This document shows positions 35,501 through 47,428 of a stretch of 64,000 nt of DNA, piece after piece. Positions within the stretch are counted from its first letter, which is position 1, and every line of letters starts with the position of its first letter. The notes below the pieces were generated by a model. It was not told the origin of the DNA. It searched no databases and was given only the letters and a program-made list of their open reading frames with translations. The stretch is from Marsupella aquatica (taxonomy: Eukaryota > Plantae > Marchantiophyta), in the NCBI GenBank assembly GCA_973895155.1, contig OZ316895.1, positions 18,299,880-18,363,879 on the forward strand. The letters run 5' to 3'. Made by a program: the position numbers and the translations under genes.

Positions 35501-36051
35501 GTGCCTACAGGGTGACGAATGACTGTGGGCTCATCACTGTATTTGAGCAACAGAGCAACAATCACGACAGGGCCTGGATGGAGATGGGATATGTGGGAGA
35601 ATTAGTTGACATATGGGCTTTGGACTATGGGGCGGTGTCCAGTCCTGTGATTCTTATGAAAGGTTCATGGGTGCGGCAGGATTGGCTTGGTAACAGGGCT
35701 ACCATGAAGAGAGACAACGACGGTTTCTTGCTGGCCAATTTCAGAGGGAAATTTTCCGAATGGTCTGAGCCATTTGTGTTTCCTAGTCAGGTGGAGCAAG
35801 CTTTCTTCCTGGATGTGGAAGACTCCCCAGGTTGGCGTGTAGTGTGTCATAAACAGGCCAGGCAACGTCAGATGGAAGGATCAAACCTTGAGTTTCATTT
35901 ACACTCTCATAGTGCCTTTGATCGTCGGCGTTCAGACCAAGTGCCTGTGGTTCATGATAGCGGGGACTTCATTCCTGTGACAAGGGTAGATGCATTTGCT
36001 GAAGGAGGCAAATTCAGAGATGCAGATGCCAACAGTGTGCCTGTGCCATGA
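32554..36051 (+). pseudogene. CACTA Tnp2/TnpD-type transposase (Transposase_21, DUF4218-, DUF4216-like parts), degraded
   Basis: RCPCAIC; YDSIHACPD; RNVRLGLSLDGVNPF; YNLPPW; DYPA; DVMHIEKNI; FPPAFFDVMTHLLVH..GPV..RW.YP.ER; EPFVFPSQVEQ. Frameshift, stop at 34936 and apparent internal deletion near 34640. Confidence 0.92.
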
Positions 36052-39000
36052 GTAATGTGAATTGTTTGCATGGACATTAGTGAGGGGAAGGATGTGTAAT
36101 AAAGTAATTCTGAAGCAACACAGATGTATGGATGGATGCCTGGTGATTGTGGTTGCATTGTGTTATACGGGGTGACCATAGATGACATGTTTTTGTGGTC
36201 CAGTAGGATGGAACAGAGTGACACAGAGATGTGTGAGTATGAAAGGAAAGCTATGGAACAACGAGCATACGTGAAAGCCAAAATCGCAGAACTGGATCTG
36301 GAAAAGGATGTGGCTGAATTGTAAGGGAACGATTCTCAACTACACCCCTCCGCTGAGTTTGTGTGACATGAATAGTTCAATGTGGCACTGAAATTGTGAC
36401 TGTATTCTCATATTGGAATGTCGCAGAGCCACAACATTTTCAAAGAAACAAAAGGAGTACGCAAGAAGGGTGACCAGCACTATCTCTGGGCCTGTGCGTC
36501 GGAGTGACAGGTTGAGCAAGAAGGTCGTACCTACAATGGCAGAATGTGGAGATGACATTGATGCTGCACAGGTGGGTGCAGACACTAGACAAGAAGATGC
36601 AGATGATGAGTATTTTCCAGAGGAAATGGATGAGGATGGGGGTTATGAAGATGAATACATTGCAGAGCAGCCCCAAAAGAAACAGGTAAGTAGTTTTCCC
36701 AACAAGGTTTTGAGTTAAAAACTCTTGTTTAGAGGTTTCATATGTTCAGTACTACACATATGTACCTTGATTAGTTCCTGACATTGTAGTTGGTGATGTG
36801 ATGCAGCGTCCTGCCAGTTCTATTTTGCCTTTGAAGCCTGTGCATGCACCATACCAGCAGGGGGGCTGACCTCTGATCAAGGTTGGCGAGGTGGTAGTAG
36901 TGGTAGATCCCAGGCTGGTGCCCAATACTATGGCAGGGGGCAAGCTCTAGGTTATGCCCGTGGTAGAGGCAGAGCAGGTCCAAACCCACAATCTCGTGGG
37001 TATGGACGTCCACCTCAACCATGGGGATGTGAGTATATATCTATATGCCAGTTCTTTGTGAAGGCATGGCACTCCTGAATTTCAGACTGCATATCAATTT
37101 TTGACATTGTTTGGGATGTATTGGATTCAGACAACATGAAATTCTGTCCACCTGCCATTGCATGCAGATTCTGCCCAACCTGATTGGGCAAATGCTAGTA
37201 ATGATCAATTCCAATGTCCACAAGGACAGACATGGGTTGAACCAGGTTGGGAGGATGGTGGTGGGTCGTGGAATGAACAAGGTTGGGAAGGTGGTGAAGG
37301 TAATTGGCAGGGATATCAAAATACAGTACCTACAAACGCTGGAAGAGGGGCAGGTAATGTCTGATCTTGTCAACAATGGAAGAACTCATTATATCTGGAG
37401 TCCATTCACGTGGGGGGGATTCTGCACATGTATAATGATAGAAAATGTATGTGTGCAGGTTGGACAGTCGAACCATCGACTCAAGTATTCACTAATGCCC
37501 CTATGCAGATGCAGCACGGAAGGGGGACAGGTATGTCGGTGAATGTTCAGTTGTTTTTCTACAGTTTGTACTTAGTTTTCAGTACATATGTTTGCACACA
37601 CATACCTAGAAAGTGACATCATCCGGCCCCTGTACTAGGTTGGACAGGTGGTCCAGGGTCGCAACAATTTCAGAGTGCAGTCCCTGCACAGGCATCTACA
37701 GGCAGAGCTATAGGTATGTATGTTTGAAGAATTTTTCTTGAAGTGAAGCATTGAATGTTGCCGTCATCCATTCTGCTATATGTAGTTCTCAAGCATGAAT
37801 GGCATTGTATTTTCCCAGGTGGCTTCAGAACCCCAGGTAGGATGAATGAAGGGGTGGCCAATACAACGCCCAGTACTACCGAGAGCAGTGCACGAGGGGA
37901 GGTGACAAAGAAAGGGAACGTAAAGTTGAATGAGAGACAATGGGTGGATGCTGAGTGTCCTCGCAAGAACCGATGGCATGCTGATTTGAAAGCTGAAGTA
38001 TTGCGTTGGTTAGATGTGAGTGTTATTAATTTTAAAAAACAACATCCAAAAGATTGGAAGACTGTATGTGAAAATGTTGCTGCCAAATGGAATTATGTGG
38101 GCAGTGATGATGGTGTGGACATAGGTTGCCTAGAGAGTATAGCAGGTAAAATCATCAAGCAAGAGAGGTGGAGAATGCATAAGGCTTGGAAGGAAGGTGG
38201 GGAGAAGCCAGATATGCCTCCACCAGCCAGTTGTGATGATAAAGTGTGGGCAAGGTTAGTAGCTTATTTTGTAACAGATGCTTCAAAAAAGAAGAGTTCA
38301 CAGATGACCGAGGCCAGGTTGAGTGTTCAGAACCCTAATCTGACAGGAAGGACCGGCACTACACCGACAGCTAAACATTTGGTAAGAATGAATGGCCTAG
38401 CTATGTAATTTATGCTACACTATGTACTGTTTTTTAGTGTAAACCCATACATGTAAACTTTGTTTTTTAGTGTACGTTCCCTGAATATTGATCGATAACT
38501 TGTGTTTGCCATGCATGTGCAGAAAGCCCAATTGGGGCAAAGCCCTTCAAAAGAAGAGTTGAGGCTGAAATTGTGAACACCCGGGCTCAAGAGGGTGCAT
38601 CTGAATCCTCCAAGCATGTAAGTTATATGAGTTCTGATTGGTAATTGAATGACCTGCGTTGAATTTCAGGTGTACACTGTATATAACATTGATTGTGCAT
38701 ATATTGCCCAACATTTCATATGGAGTGATTGAACCTATACCCCTGTGTCATGTAGGGAGGTGGATCTTCACTTACAGAGATAAGTGGTCGTTTGAAGGCT
38801 GTCGAAACATGTCTTCCAGAGATCAATGAACGTTTGAATTCATTGACTGACTTGTTCCATGTGAACTTCAAGACATTAATGGAAGCTGTTGTGTCGGTGA
38901 GAGATAAAATTGATTCCAATTCTGCAGGAGTTCCACCATCACCACTTGAGGTGGCAAAGTCGATGCACTCTTCTGGCATGCCAACGACATGTAGGCTTGA

Positions 39001-39506
39001 AGGTAAGGCCTTTACAACTGTGTGGGATATGATTATTAAATGTATAGTTTGAATTGACATTGTTTGTTGAATGTGTTATTTTCAGTAACATATATTGTGG
39101 TTGTTGTGTCCATAGAGAATAAGACAGGTGCTACAGAGAAGAAGTATGAGAACCTGGAAAATACTCGCTGTAATTTAGAGGCAACAAAGTTGCAGTCTGT
39201 ACAAGCTACTTGTTTGACAGAGGGCAGTCAACCATGTTTGGATGAGGATGACATTGGCAAGGGAGTGGATGATATCAATGTTGGGGCAAATGAGGATATC
39301 AGCAAGCATGACAATGATACCATTGAGCCAGATTCATGCTATGTAGATCTTGACTCCATTGCAGAGATAAATGATTTGCAGAATGTATCATTCTCAATGA
39401 CAGGTGTGCCTATTGTTGAGATAAATCCAACCAAAGAGTTAGTTGGTATGACACTCCCAGGTGATGAACCTGCTACTGTGACAGTCCTAACAGAGGAACC
39501 TACTGA

Positions 39507-41138
39507 CACTAGTACATATTAAGCTGATTTCCGATGCTCAATTTTTGCGAACAATCGGCGTCCGATTCTTTTAGCATCGGAAATTCCGATTATCAAAAAA
39601 TGGCAATATGCCATACTCTCGGCTTCGGATATCTTCATTTCCGATATAATTGACAACGGAACCTTTTCGATGCGTTAAAAAACGGATCATATTCGTTAGA
39701 AAACACATCGGATCCCTCAACAGAAACTTTGATTGATATGTCCGATGTTTTTTGTAACAAAAATGATGTGCGTTACAATATTGATCGGAAACTTTCCGTA
39801 GTTAATAATAACGGATATTATATCCGATTGTGCTAACATGGCAAAGTCCGATGTTGGGAGAATGGGAAAGTCCGATGCTGGGAGTATGGGAAAGTCCGAT
39901 GCTAGAAGAATGGGAAAGTCCGATGCTGGAAGAATGGGAAAGTCCGATGCTGGGAGTATGGGAAAGTCCGATGCTAGAAGAATGGGAAAGTCCGATGCTG
40001 GGAGTATGGGAAAGTCTGGTTATGACAAAAAGAAAATTTTTGATTGTGTTATAATGAAAAGTTTTGATGTGTTAGATGGGGTATGTGGTTGCACCGACAT
40101 ACTCTTCCCAAAAGATGCAATCATTCTTGCATGCATGAATAACTTCATACTTGAGGCAAATGGACTTGAGTGTTGTTTTTGCCTCATTCCAAGACCTAAC
40201 ATATTGTTCCCTTACGGAAATATGTGCTCAACATGCCAAGTCCAAAATACATCATCTAGAAGGAGGTTGCTTGTCCCATGTAGTCTTTGTTGCAAGTCCA
40301 ACAACAACATAGTTGATAAAAGATGAGACAATTAGGAGCCATTGACGCTGAGGCTTTGGAAGGACCAAAATATCATCCATAACTAATAAGCCATAATTAT
40401 CCCATATCAAATCTAATGAAGGAGGGCTTTACTATCGATGAATGACCCCTGCCAGATTTCTATTGGTTTCTCCTAGGGGAATGTAATAGGGTAACTAGAA
40501 TAGGTCACTTGATGCAAAGATCTAATCTCATGATAGAGAAAAATGGATCAAGAATGGGTCCAAATTATGGGTCTTAGTAAACTCACAAGTGTATAAAATC
40601 CCCAAACACTCTAAGTCAAACAACAGTGCTAAGCTTGCATGTACAATGTAAGGAATAAGAACCACAAAGTTAAGCTCATGTTGGAGGAATAGCAATTGGG
40701 ATGGGTGACCAATTAGTTGAGAAAATTTGAAGAGTTCACATGTCAAGGGAGATGGGCACCTAGCTCATAGTTCCAAATGAAAGTAGAAATCCAATTAAAG
40801 GAAGAGATGGGTGACCTGAGCATGTCGCGTCCGCTGACATGCATATCCCATTTTGATTGCTTCGGACTTTCCCATTCTCCTAGCATCGGACTTTCCCATT
40901 CTCTCACCATCGGACTTTCCCATTCTCCTAGCATCGGACTTTCCCATTCTCCCACCATCGGACTTTCCCATTCTCCCACCATCGGACTTTCCGATAGAAG
41001 TCTGATTGTCGATATCCGATACTATTAAAATGGCATGTTGCGATGCTAGTAGTATCGGATATATGGTTTTTCAAATTTTATTTTACAAAGGCGTTCGATG
41101 TGGAGAGAATCGGAAAAAGGAGGTAAAATGTACTAGTG
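39507..41138. mobile_element. Non-autonomous CACTA (1.63 kb) nested in the TnpA-like gene
   Basis: TIR CACTAGTACAT...ATGTACTAGTG and TSD TGA (39504-39506 and 41139-41141). Removal restores the frame EPT-EPSFTT. Confidence 0.9.
39838..40995. repeat. Two inverted arrays of a 24-bp unit (atgggaaagtccgatgctgggagt): ~7.5 copies at 39838-40020 and ~5.5 rc copies at 40861-40995
   Basis: Directly visible; the arrays give rise to the repetitive MGKSDAGS / GLSHSPSI ORFs. Confidence 0.9.
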
Positions 41139-43809
41139 TGAGCCTAGCTTCACTACTGTGAAGAGAGGAAACATGCGCACACGAAGCAAGTCTGCTAGTG
41201 GGAGCAGAGCCACGTCAAAGGTTTCATACAAACCTCCAAGAACGGTGCTGGCAGAAAGATCTAAGGTGGAAGTGGGGAAAGCACCTAATGCTGAGGGACA
41301 AAGTGGCTTGTTAGTTGTTGATGAGAGTGGAACACGAGTAGGATTTGGCAGAGTGCAGGTTGGTTCCACAATGTTCCATGGCAAGAGGATTCCCCAGGTT
41401 ATTCAGTAGTGTTAGTCACATTACTAGTGAAACCTAAAGCTGTCCTTCCCATTCCAAACACAAATGATGATCCTCCTCAAAAGACACTTGGAGATGCTGC
41501 AGGTTCTTTGGTATTATGGCCAAACAAGTTCATAGAGGATCCATAACAATGTCATGCCATTATTTGTTTGTAGTGTGAGTCATGTTATGTAGATTTTAGA
41601 TGTCAAGAAGCAGTACAAGAATCATGTCCTCTTGGACATTCATAGTATCATGCATGTGCTTTCAATTATCTCATCCTGCAGTCATCAATTATGAGTTCCT
41701 GTTTTGTCTGAATTACATTGATCACATTGTAAACTATTCCATTGGAATTCAAATGATCTTCATTTTTTAGCAAGATTGTGATTGTGTTTAATTCTTATGA
41801 ATGTTTTATGTAGGATCTGCTTATATGATGCTTTGTTTCATGTGGATGTCATTCATGCTATGTTCATTTCTTGTATTAAATGTGTTATATTTCTAAAGTT
41901 AGAACATCAGGTTTCTATGTATTGTAATGTCGAGTGCTCTCTCTCCTTATGAACTGTCCCTCTGTGTTCATTAGTCATGGTTCACATGCAAGTTATAACC
42001 ATGACTAATGAACACAGATGTCCCAAATGGTTATGTTGTGTGATGCAGGCCAGGGTCTCCATTGGTCTCTCCTGTGACACTAAATGGTCACACGCTAGTC
42101 GTTGTTGAATGCGGGTAAGTCATGTATGTGACTTACGATGTGACTCGCTGAAGTCATATTGCAGTCACGTCGAAACAAGGCTAGACTCCACAATAAAGTC
42201 ACAGATCAGTCACAAATGGGTATCAAGCAAGTTGCAAAGCCCAGTATCAATAGTGACTTCCATTTTTTGGTCTCAACTTTTGCAACTCCAAGGGTCACAG
42301 CGTGGGTCAAGTCACGTTGAGTCACAATGAAGTCACATGAGCCAAAATGAGTCACATATTGCGGTCTCAGTTCACCTCGGATTCTTCTAGTGCTTTTCTA
42401 CTAAAATTGCAAGAATACGTGGTGCTGACGCTGCAACGAGAGAGCTTTGTTTAGCATTCGTGGACAAAATCAAAGGTACTATGGATTGCTTTGGAGATCT
42501 CCAAGCTTGTGCCGCCCAATGGTGTTGGTCTGACAAACGTGAACGGCTGAAGAGCTTCACCTTGTCCAATGCACGTATGTATCAGCTGATTCGACCCAAA
42601 GGCTCTGATTCTCTCAGGCTCAACGGGTTTTGGAGCATTTCTTTTTCTGACCTCGAATGGAACAATTTCTGGAATGCTCTATGGTCATCTGATTTACCGT
42701 TAAAAGGCCGCTTATTCCTTTGGAGATTAGCTGCTCAAGGGTTATTCACTGGAACACAAGCTAGAAAGATTGGTAAAGGAGATGGAAGCTGCCTACTGTG
42801 CACCAATGTTCTTGAAACAATTCCTCATCTTTTCTTCACATGTCCCTTCGCTAAGAGGTGTTGGCAGCTAGCTGGGTGGATTTTTCCGGGAGCCACTTCT
42901 TGGAGACATTTGAATTTATTCTCTATCTTGGAAGACACTGGATGCACCAAAATTGAGAGAACCATTCGGGTCTTTGTGGTTTACCACGTGCTGTGGACTC
43001 TCTGGCTGGCACGGAATGAGCAGTTTTTTAATCGTGTCAATAGTAGAAGGTTTAATCTGAATCTACTCCTTTCAGATATGTTAGACTCCTTGCATGGCCT
43101 CTGTGAAGCCTCGGGTCCCAGTAGAAAACATACTAGATTACTGCGAGTCAAAGAATTAGTCCGTCAGGAACGTCTTAGGTGGGTTACTCGTCTAGATGCA
43201 TGGCTTTTTAGTTGAAGCAATACTTGTTTATGCATTCTACTTTAGTTGGCTAGGAACACTTCTTTGTGCCTTTGCACTTAGGTGCTCATTATGGCCTCAC
43301 CTGGGTCACACTATGCTACCCACGCTTTTGTTGCCCTGTTGGGCCCCCCTTCCCGTGGGTTTTTGCGGGTTTCATTTTTATTTCCAATAATAATAATAAT
43401 AATAAAGCAGAAAGGGTTCCGTGAACCTCAATCTACTATAATATTACCGTTGGAAAGTGACCGCTGGAACCACAACAGTGTCGGTAGTTGTGGATAGTGC
43501 CAGGCCCTATTATACAACATACCTTCAAATGTATCTGAAAACCGTCTTCACGTAGCTACGGGAAGTACTGTCGATACTATTGTCTATAAATTTGCAAATT
43601 TTGTGTAGGTGTCCACAAGCCAACTTTAGTAGCGCTAGTATTCAAATGAATCATGAAATCGGAGTCCAATGACAACAAACATGAATGCATGAACCCATTA
43701 ATTCAGCGAATATTCCAATAAATTACAATAGCGTCTGGCGCTATTAAAATGCACATCAATTGAACAGAATTTGTTGAAATAAAAGTAAAAATAACTCCAA
43801 ACGAGTATG

Positions 43810-45772
43810 TGTCAAACACTTGTCAAGGAACTTAAGCGGCTTTTCTCCCCAAAAGACTACCTAATACCTGCTCCATATCATACCAGGGTCACAAAGGATT
43901 GACAAAACTTCTGAAATGTGCCTACAATGTCTAATTACTCCATACATAAGTAGTTTTAACTCTCCACTTCTAGAGAGGTAGTCCCCTTGACTACTTTTGT
44001 ACTCACACCCTTCCTCTCTCCTCTACTCCAAGGATCAGCAAGGGGGATCTCCGCTCCAAGCTATCACCTTAGAGGAGATTCTCACATAAACACCCAAGAA
44101 CCAAAGTACTTTCCTCTTCAAGCTTAAGTCTCCTCGAGACCCTCAAAGTAGTGTTACCCCTCAACCTTGCCCCCTGGCCTTGGTTTGGGTCCACACATCC
44201 CCCTTTGAGCTCTAGAGAAGGCTCCTCTATCTAAGGACTCTTCCTCTTGTTCTTACTTCTTGTTAACACCACACACCAAGCAAAATACTTTCCACCCTCA
44301 AGCTATAATCCTTTCTAAGTCTCAAAGTAGTGCTCTACCTTAACCTTGCCTCCTTGGCCTTGGTTTTGTACTAGCACATCCCCTTCAATTACATCATAGC
44401 ATGGACTCTTCTCTTGCTCTCATATACTTCAAATGCACTCACACTTAATGGTCACAATGAAGATTGACAAGTCTCCTTTTATTGCATCACCTTTACAACA
44501 AAAGTTCACTACACATTCTCCACACTAAGCATGGACCACCTCTCCCTTCTCAAGCTTAGCCCTACCTTGGCAAGGTAGAGATTCCACTTAAGAGATGAGA
44601 CTCCCGGTCCCTAACAAATGAAAACTTCCTCCTTATATACTATTCTCCTTCCACACCACACCAAAGACAACCCACCAAGGACCAAGGACCAAGGACCAAA
44701 ATAGCCCACCAAGGACCAAGGACCAAAGTAGAGGACCAAGGACCAAGGACCAAGGACCAAGGTAGCCCACCAAGGACCAAGGACCAAAGTAGCCCACCAA
44801 GGACCAAGGACCAAAGTGGAGGACCAAGGACCAAGGTCCAATCACCAAAGTCCTCATAACTACCAAAGTCACACTACAACAAAAGTCCAACTAACTACCA
44901 CTCCCACTCAAGCTCCTTCACCTTGTGATTGCCTGGTCTATTCAAACATCTCCTAGCCGCCCTTGTGCTTGACTTATTCCTGCCTTGTGGTAGCCTCGTC
45001 GAAGCGTTTTTACACTTAGTCGGATTTTGTTATTTTGGAAAAAATATAATTCCCCGGCCCATATTGTACCCACCGCCAAAATCACCCATAAGGCCAAAAG
45101 GACTTTTGAGTAGATCCATAGATTCTCTGGACATAGGGCTATGTCTTGATTTACTAAGATCTAAACAAAACCCTATAACCAATTTTCTAAAATTATGTAA
45201 AGAGGGTTAATTCTTATGTTTTCCAAAATTCTTCTCAACTTTGAGATGCTCCCAAAAAGTAACCAAAGGTAACCAAGTTCTCCCACAAGTTTCCAGGGAT
45301 AGAGTGGACCATATTTAACCTACTTTGAAACTTGGAACCCCTACCTTTTCCCATCAGCTATTTTTCCCGAGACCCGCTATTTGGTAACTTTAAGTTTTGC
45401 CAAAATACTTACAACTCCTAGGTTAAGACCCCACTTGACTTTGTGACTTTTATGTGTGGTCTAGGGACTACCTAGCACCTATAGGGTGAGTCTTAGCAAA
45501 ACTTATCACTCAAAAGTATCGGTCATGCCTTCGGCCCGACTTGCCGACTACCATAACTTTTTTCCGCCCTTACCAAATATCTTACTCAACTCTTGATACT
45601 TCTTAGAGAAACACGTCCTCTCCCTCAATTTATTTCCCTACTCTACTTCCTTAGTTATTAAGTTACCCTAAACCTAACAACTCCGCTAATCACTAAAACT
45701 ATGTAATTACTACTCCTTGAAAGCAAAAAACTGATGCATTTCCTACTCAAGCCTCCATTGAGCCATTCCACA
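43810..45772. mobile_element. Solo LTR, family 2 (1.96 kb)
   Basis: TGTCAA...TCCACA flanked by 5-bp TSD GTATG (43805-43809 and 45773-45777); no coding motifs; family palindromes resume on both sides. Confidence 0.8.
44668..44840. repeat. GGACCAA 7-bp minisatellite inside solo LTR 2
   Basis: Directly visible tandem array. Confidence 0.9.
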
Positions 45773-46215
45773 GTATGACTTGTGATTCCTTTAATTAATA
45801 GCGCCCAACGCTATCAAAAAAAATTTAAAGATAAGCCATGTCACGACAGTGTTAAGGACACTTTGTTTCTCATAATAGCGCCAAACGCTACTAAAAACAT
45901 TGACAACAAATGAGTGTTTACGACAATTTCAAAGAAATCGATCAGGTTTGCATTCAGAAATACAATGCAAACACGGGAGTAGAACCGGAAATTAAAGCTT
46001 GGTATTTTGAATTCAAAAGCATTGACACCGATGTAAAAACAAACAGCTGTGTCGTTCATGTACAAAATGTTACAGTGCACTAGAAATCCGACATACAATG
46101 AAGGAATGGTATGCGTTTTCTATCGGAAAAAAACATGTGGAAACAAATCCTATCAACCTCGATGGATCCTCCAAGTCTCTCCAGCACTCGAACGATACGC
46201 TCTGACAACAGGAAA

Positions 46216-46644
46216 TCAGTCTTCCCACCAACTTGGCTTGTACGCATCGGAGTAGTCATTCGAGTCGCTCGATCCATACCATGCAAATCCTCGCCTGCTC
46301 AATGATGAGTCCCCGCTTGAAGAACGATCACTCTCAGTGGATGAAGAAGGCTCGGAGATACCCGTGCAGATACTGTCCGCTCTCGGACGGCCGAGTGAAG
46401 CAAGGGCAATATCCCTAGCGGGAACAGAAGTCGGGCCGCTCGGATTTTGCCAACTGGATCCTTCGCCGCGGCCCGCAGGTGGGGCATTCTTCGTCTTTGA
46501 GATGAGTTTGCCCTTCTTCGAGATTGGAATAGTCGTCCTATCGGCATTCCGCTGAGGCGGTAAGCTATTTGATGCGGGGGTCTCCCAATTGGTTTTGCTC
46601 GTGACAGGTGCCTCCTCCTTTGCCTTCCCTCATGGAGGTGCCAT
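46216..46644 (-). pseudogene. Small accessory gene X, copy C
   Basis: Minus strand reads MAPP*GKAK...TIPISKKGKLISKTK...DDYSDAYKPSWWED*, matching copy A. Confidence 0.65.
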
Positions 46645-47428
46645 TGAAAGTGAGGACAAGGACGAGAACAAGAAGCGCGAACAAGAATGCGAACGAGGAC
46701 AAGAGCGCAAACTAGGACAAGAATGAGAAACAAGGACGAGAACGAGAACAAGAACAAGAACACACACAAAAGTGAAGTAGAACCACTGGGCCCGAAAGTG
46801 AGAGTGAGAACCACGCACCCGAAAGATGAGCCACAACTGCGACTTAGTGAAGAATGGCTTGACAATGAGGACATTGGAGGAGAACGACGAGATATAAAGA
46901 GAATTTGCACTTGGTCCCGGGTACCCACTTCGAAGAGGACCCTCTGAGAGCACTTTTGGAGACGCTTCCTTTTTGACACATCTGGACCCGGGCGGATCGG
47001 ATTCACGAAGATCCAGTGGAGATCTTCAAGCGTGCCAACTTAATGACTCGTACTGTATCGCGTTAACATACTTTTCCTTCCATTGAATGTTTTCAAGTCC
47101 ATTGAAATAGGTAGCGCTAGGTGCTATTATTAATTGCCATCGTACTCCTCACCCAAGAATGTTTGCACCCAGAGGTAGCGCCAGGCGCTATTATTATTGG
47201 CATTCGTAGTCCTCACCCAAGAGTGTTTTACACTTAGAGGTAGCGCCAGGCGCTAGTAACTATGAACCCAAATCCTGCCGTTGGTAAGACGACAAAACGT
47301 CATTGATGGAGTGCTCCAAATCTATAACGACTCTATAGTGAGAATGAAACGTTTACTTCTTGTACTCGAATCTCATGATAAACATATTTCATTTCGCGCG
47401 GGCAAAGGCATATCCCTCTTTTGAAGCC

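Larger units (their letters stand above)
36208..41546 (+). pseudogene. CACTA second gene (TnpA-like), multi-exon, interrupted by nested CACTA
   Basis: Lies downstream of Tnp2 with many GT-AG junctions. Ptta-like segment CDDKVWARLVAYF..KKKSSQMTEAR..GRTG (37755..38408) and a C-terminal exon ending near 41546. Confidence 0.65.
29641..42392 (+). mobile_element. CACTA (En/Spm) DNA transposon, 12.75 kb
   Basis: Termini CACTAGAAGAA...TTCTTCTAGTG, 3-bp TSD CTT (29638-29640 and 42393-42395), Tnp2 and TnpA-like genes, GTCAC-rich subterminal region. Confidence 0.93.
29016..43404 (+). mobile_element. 5'-truncated L1 LINE (3' part of ORF2 with zf-RVT), split by a CACTA insertion
   Basis: KHVLQAIPIYHMM..FLWG..LVAWKTMARPKVDGGLG at 29016-29200 continues after 42395 into ORF 42460..43215 (CLLC..ETIPHLFFTC..W.LWLARN). 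(AAT)n tail at ~43385-43404. Candidate TSD aagca (29016-29020 and 43405-43409). Confidence 0.85.

Noticed and set aside
39830-41028. Repetitive proteins MGKSDAGS / WESPMLG / GLSHSPSI
   Set aside because: Translations of the 24-bp tandem arrays of a non-autonomous CACTA.
44611-44890. LVLGPWS repeat ORFs in three frames
   Set aside because: Artefact of the GGACCAA minisatellite.
46299-47006. 235-aa minus-strand ORF upstream of X
   Set aside because: Low-complexity TC-rich leader running into X sequence; no counterpart in copy A.
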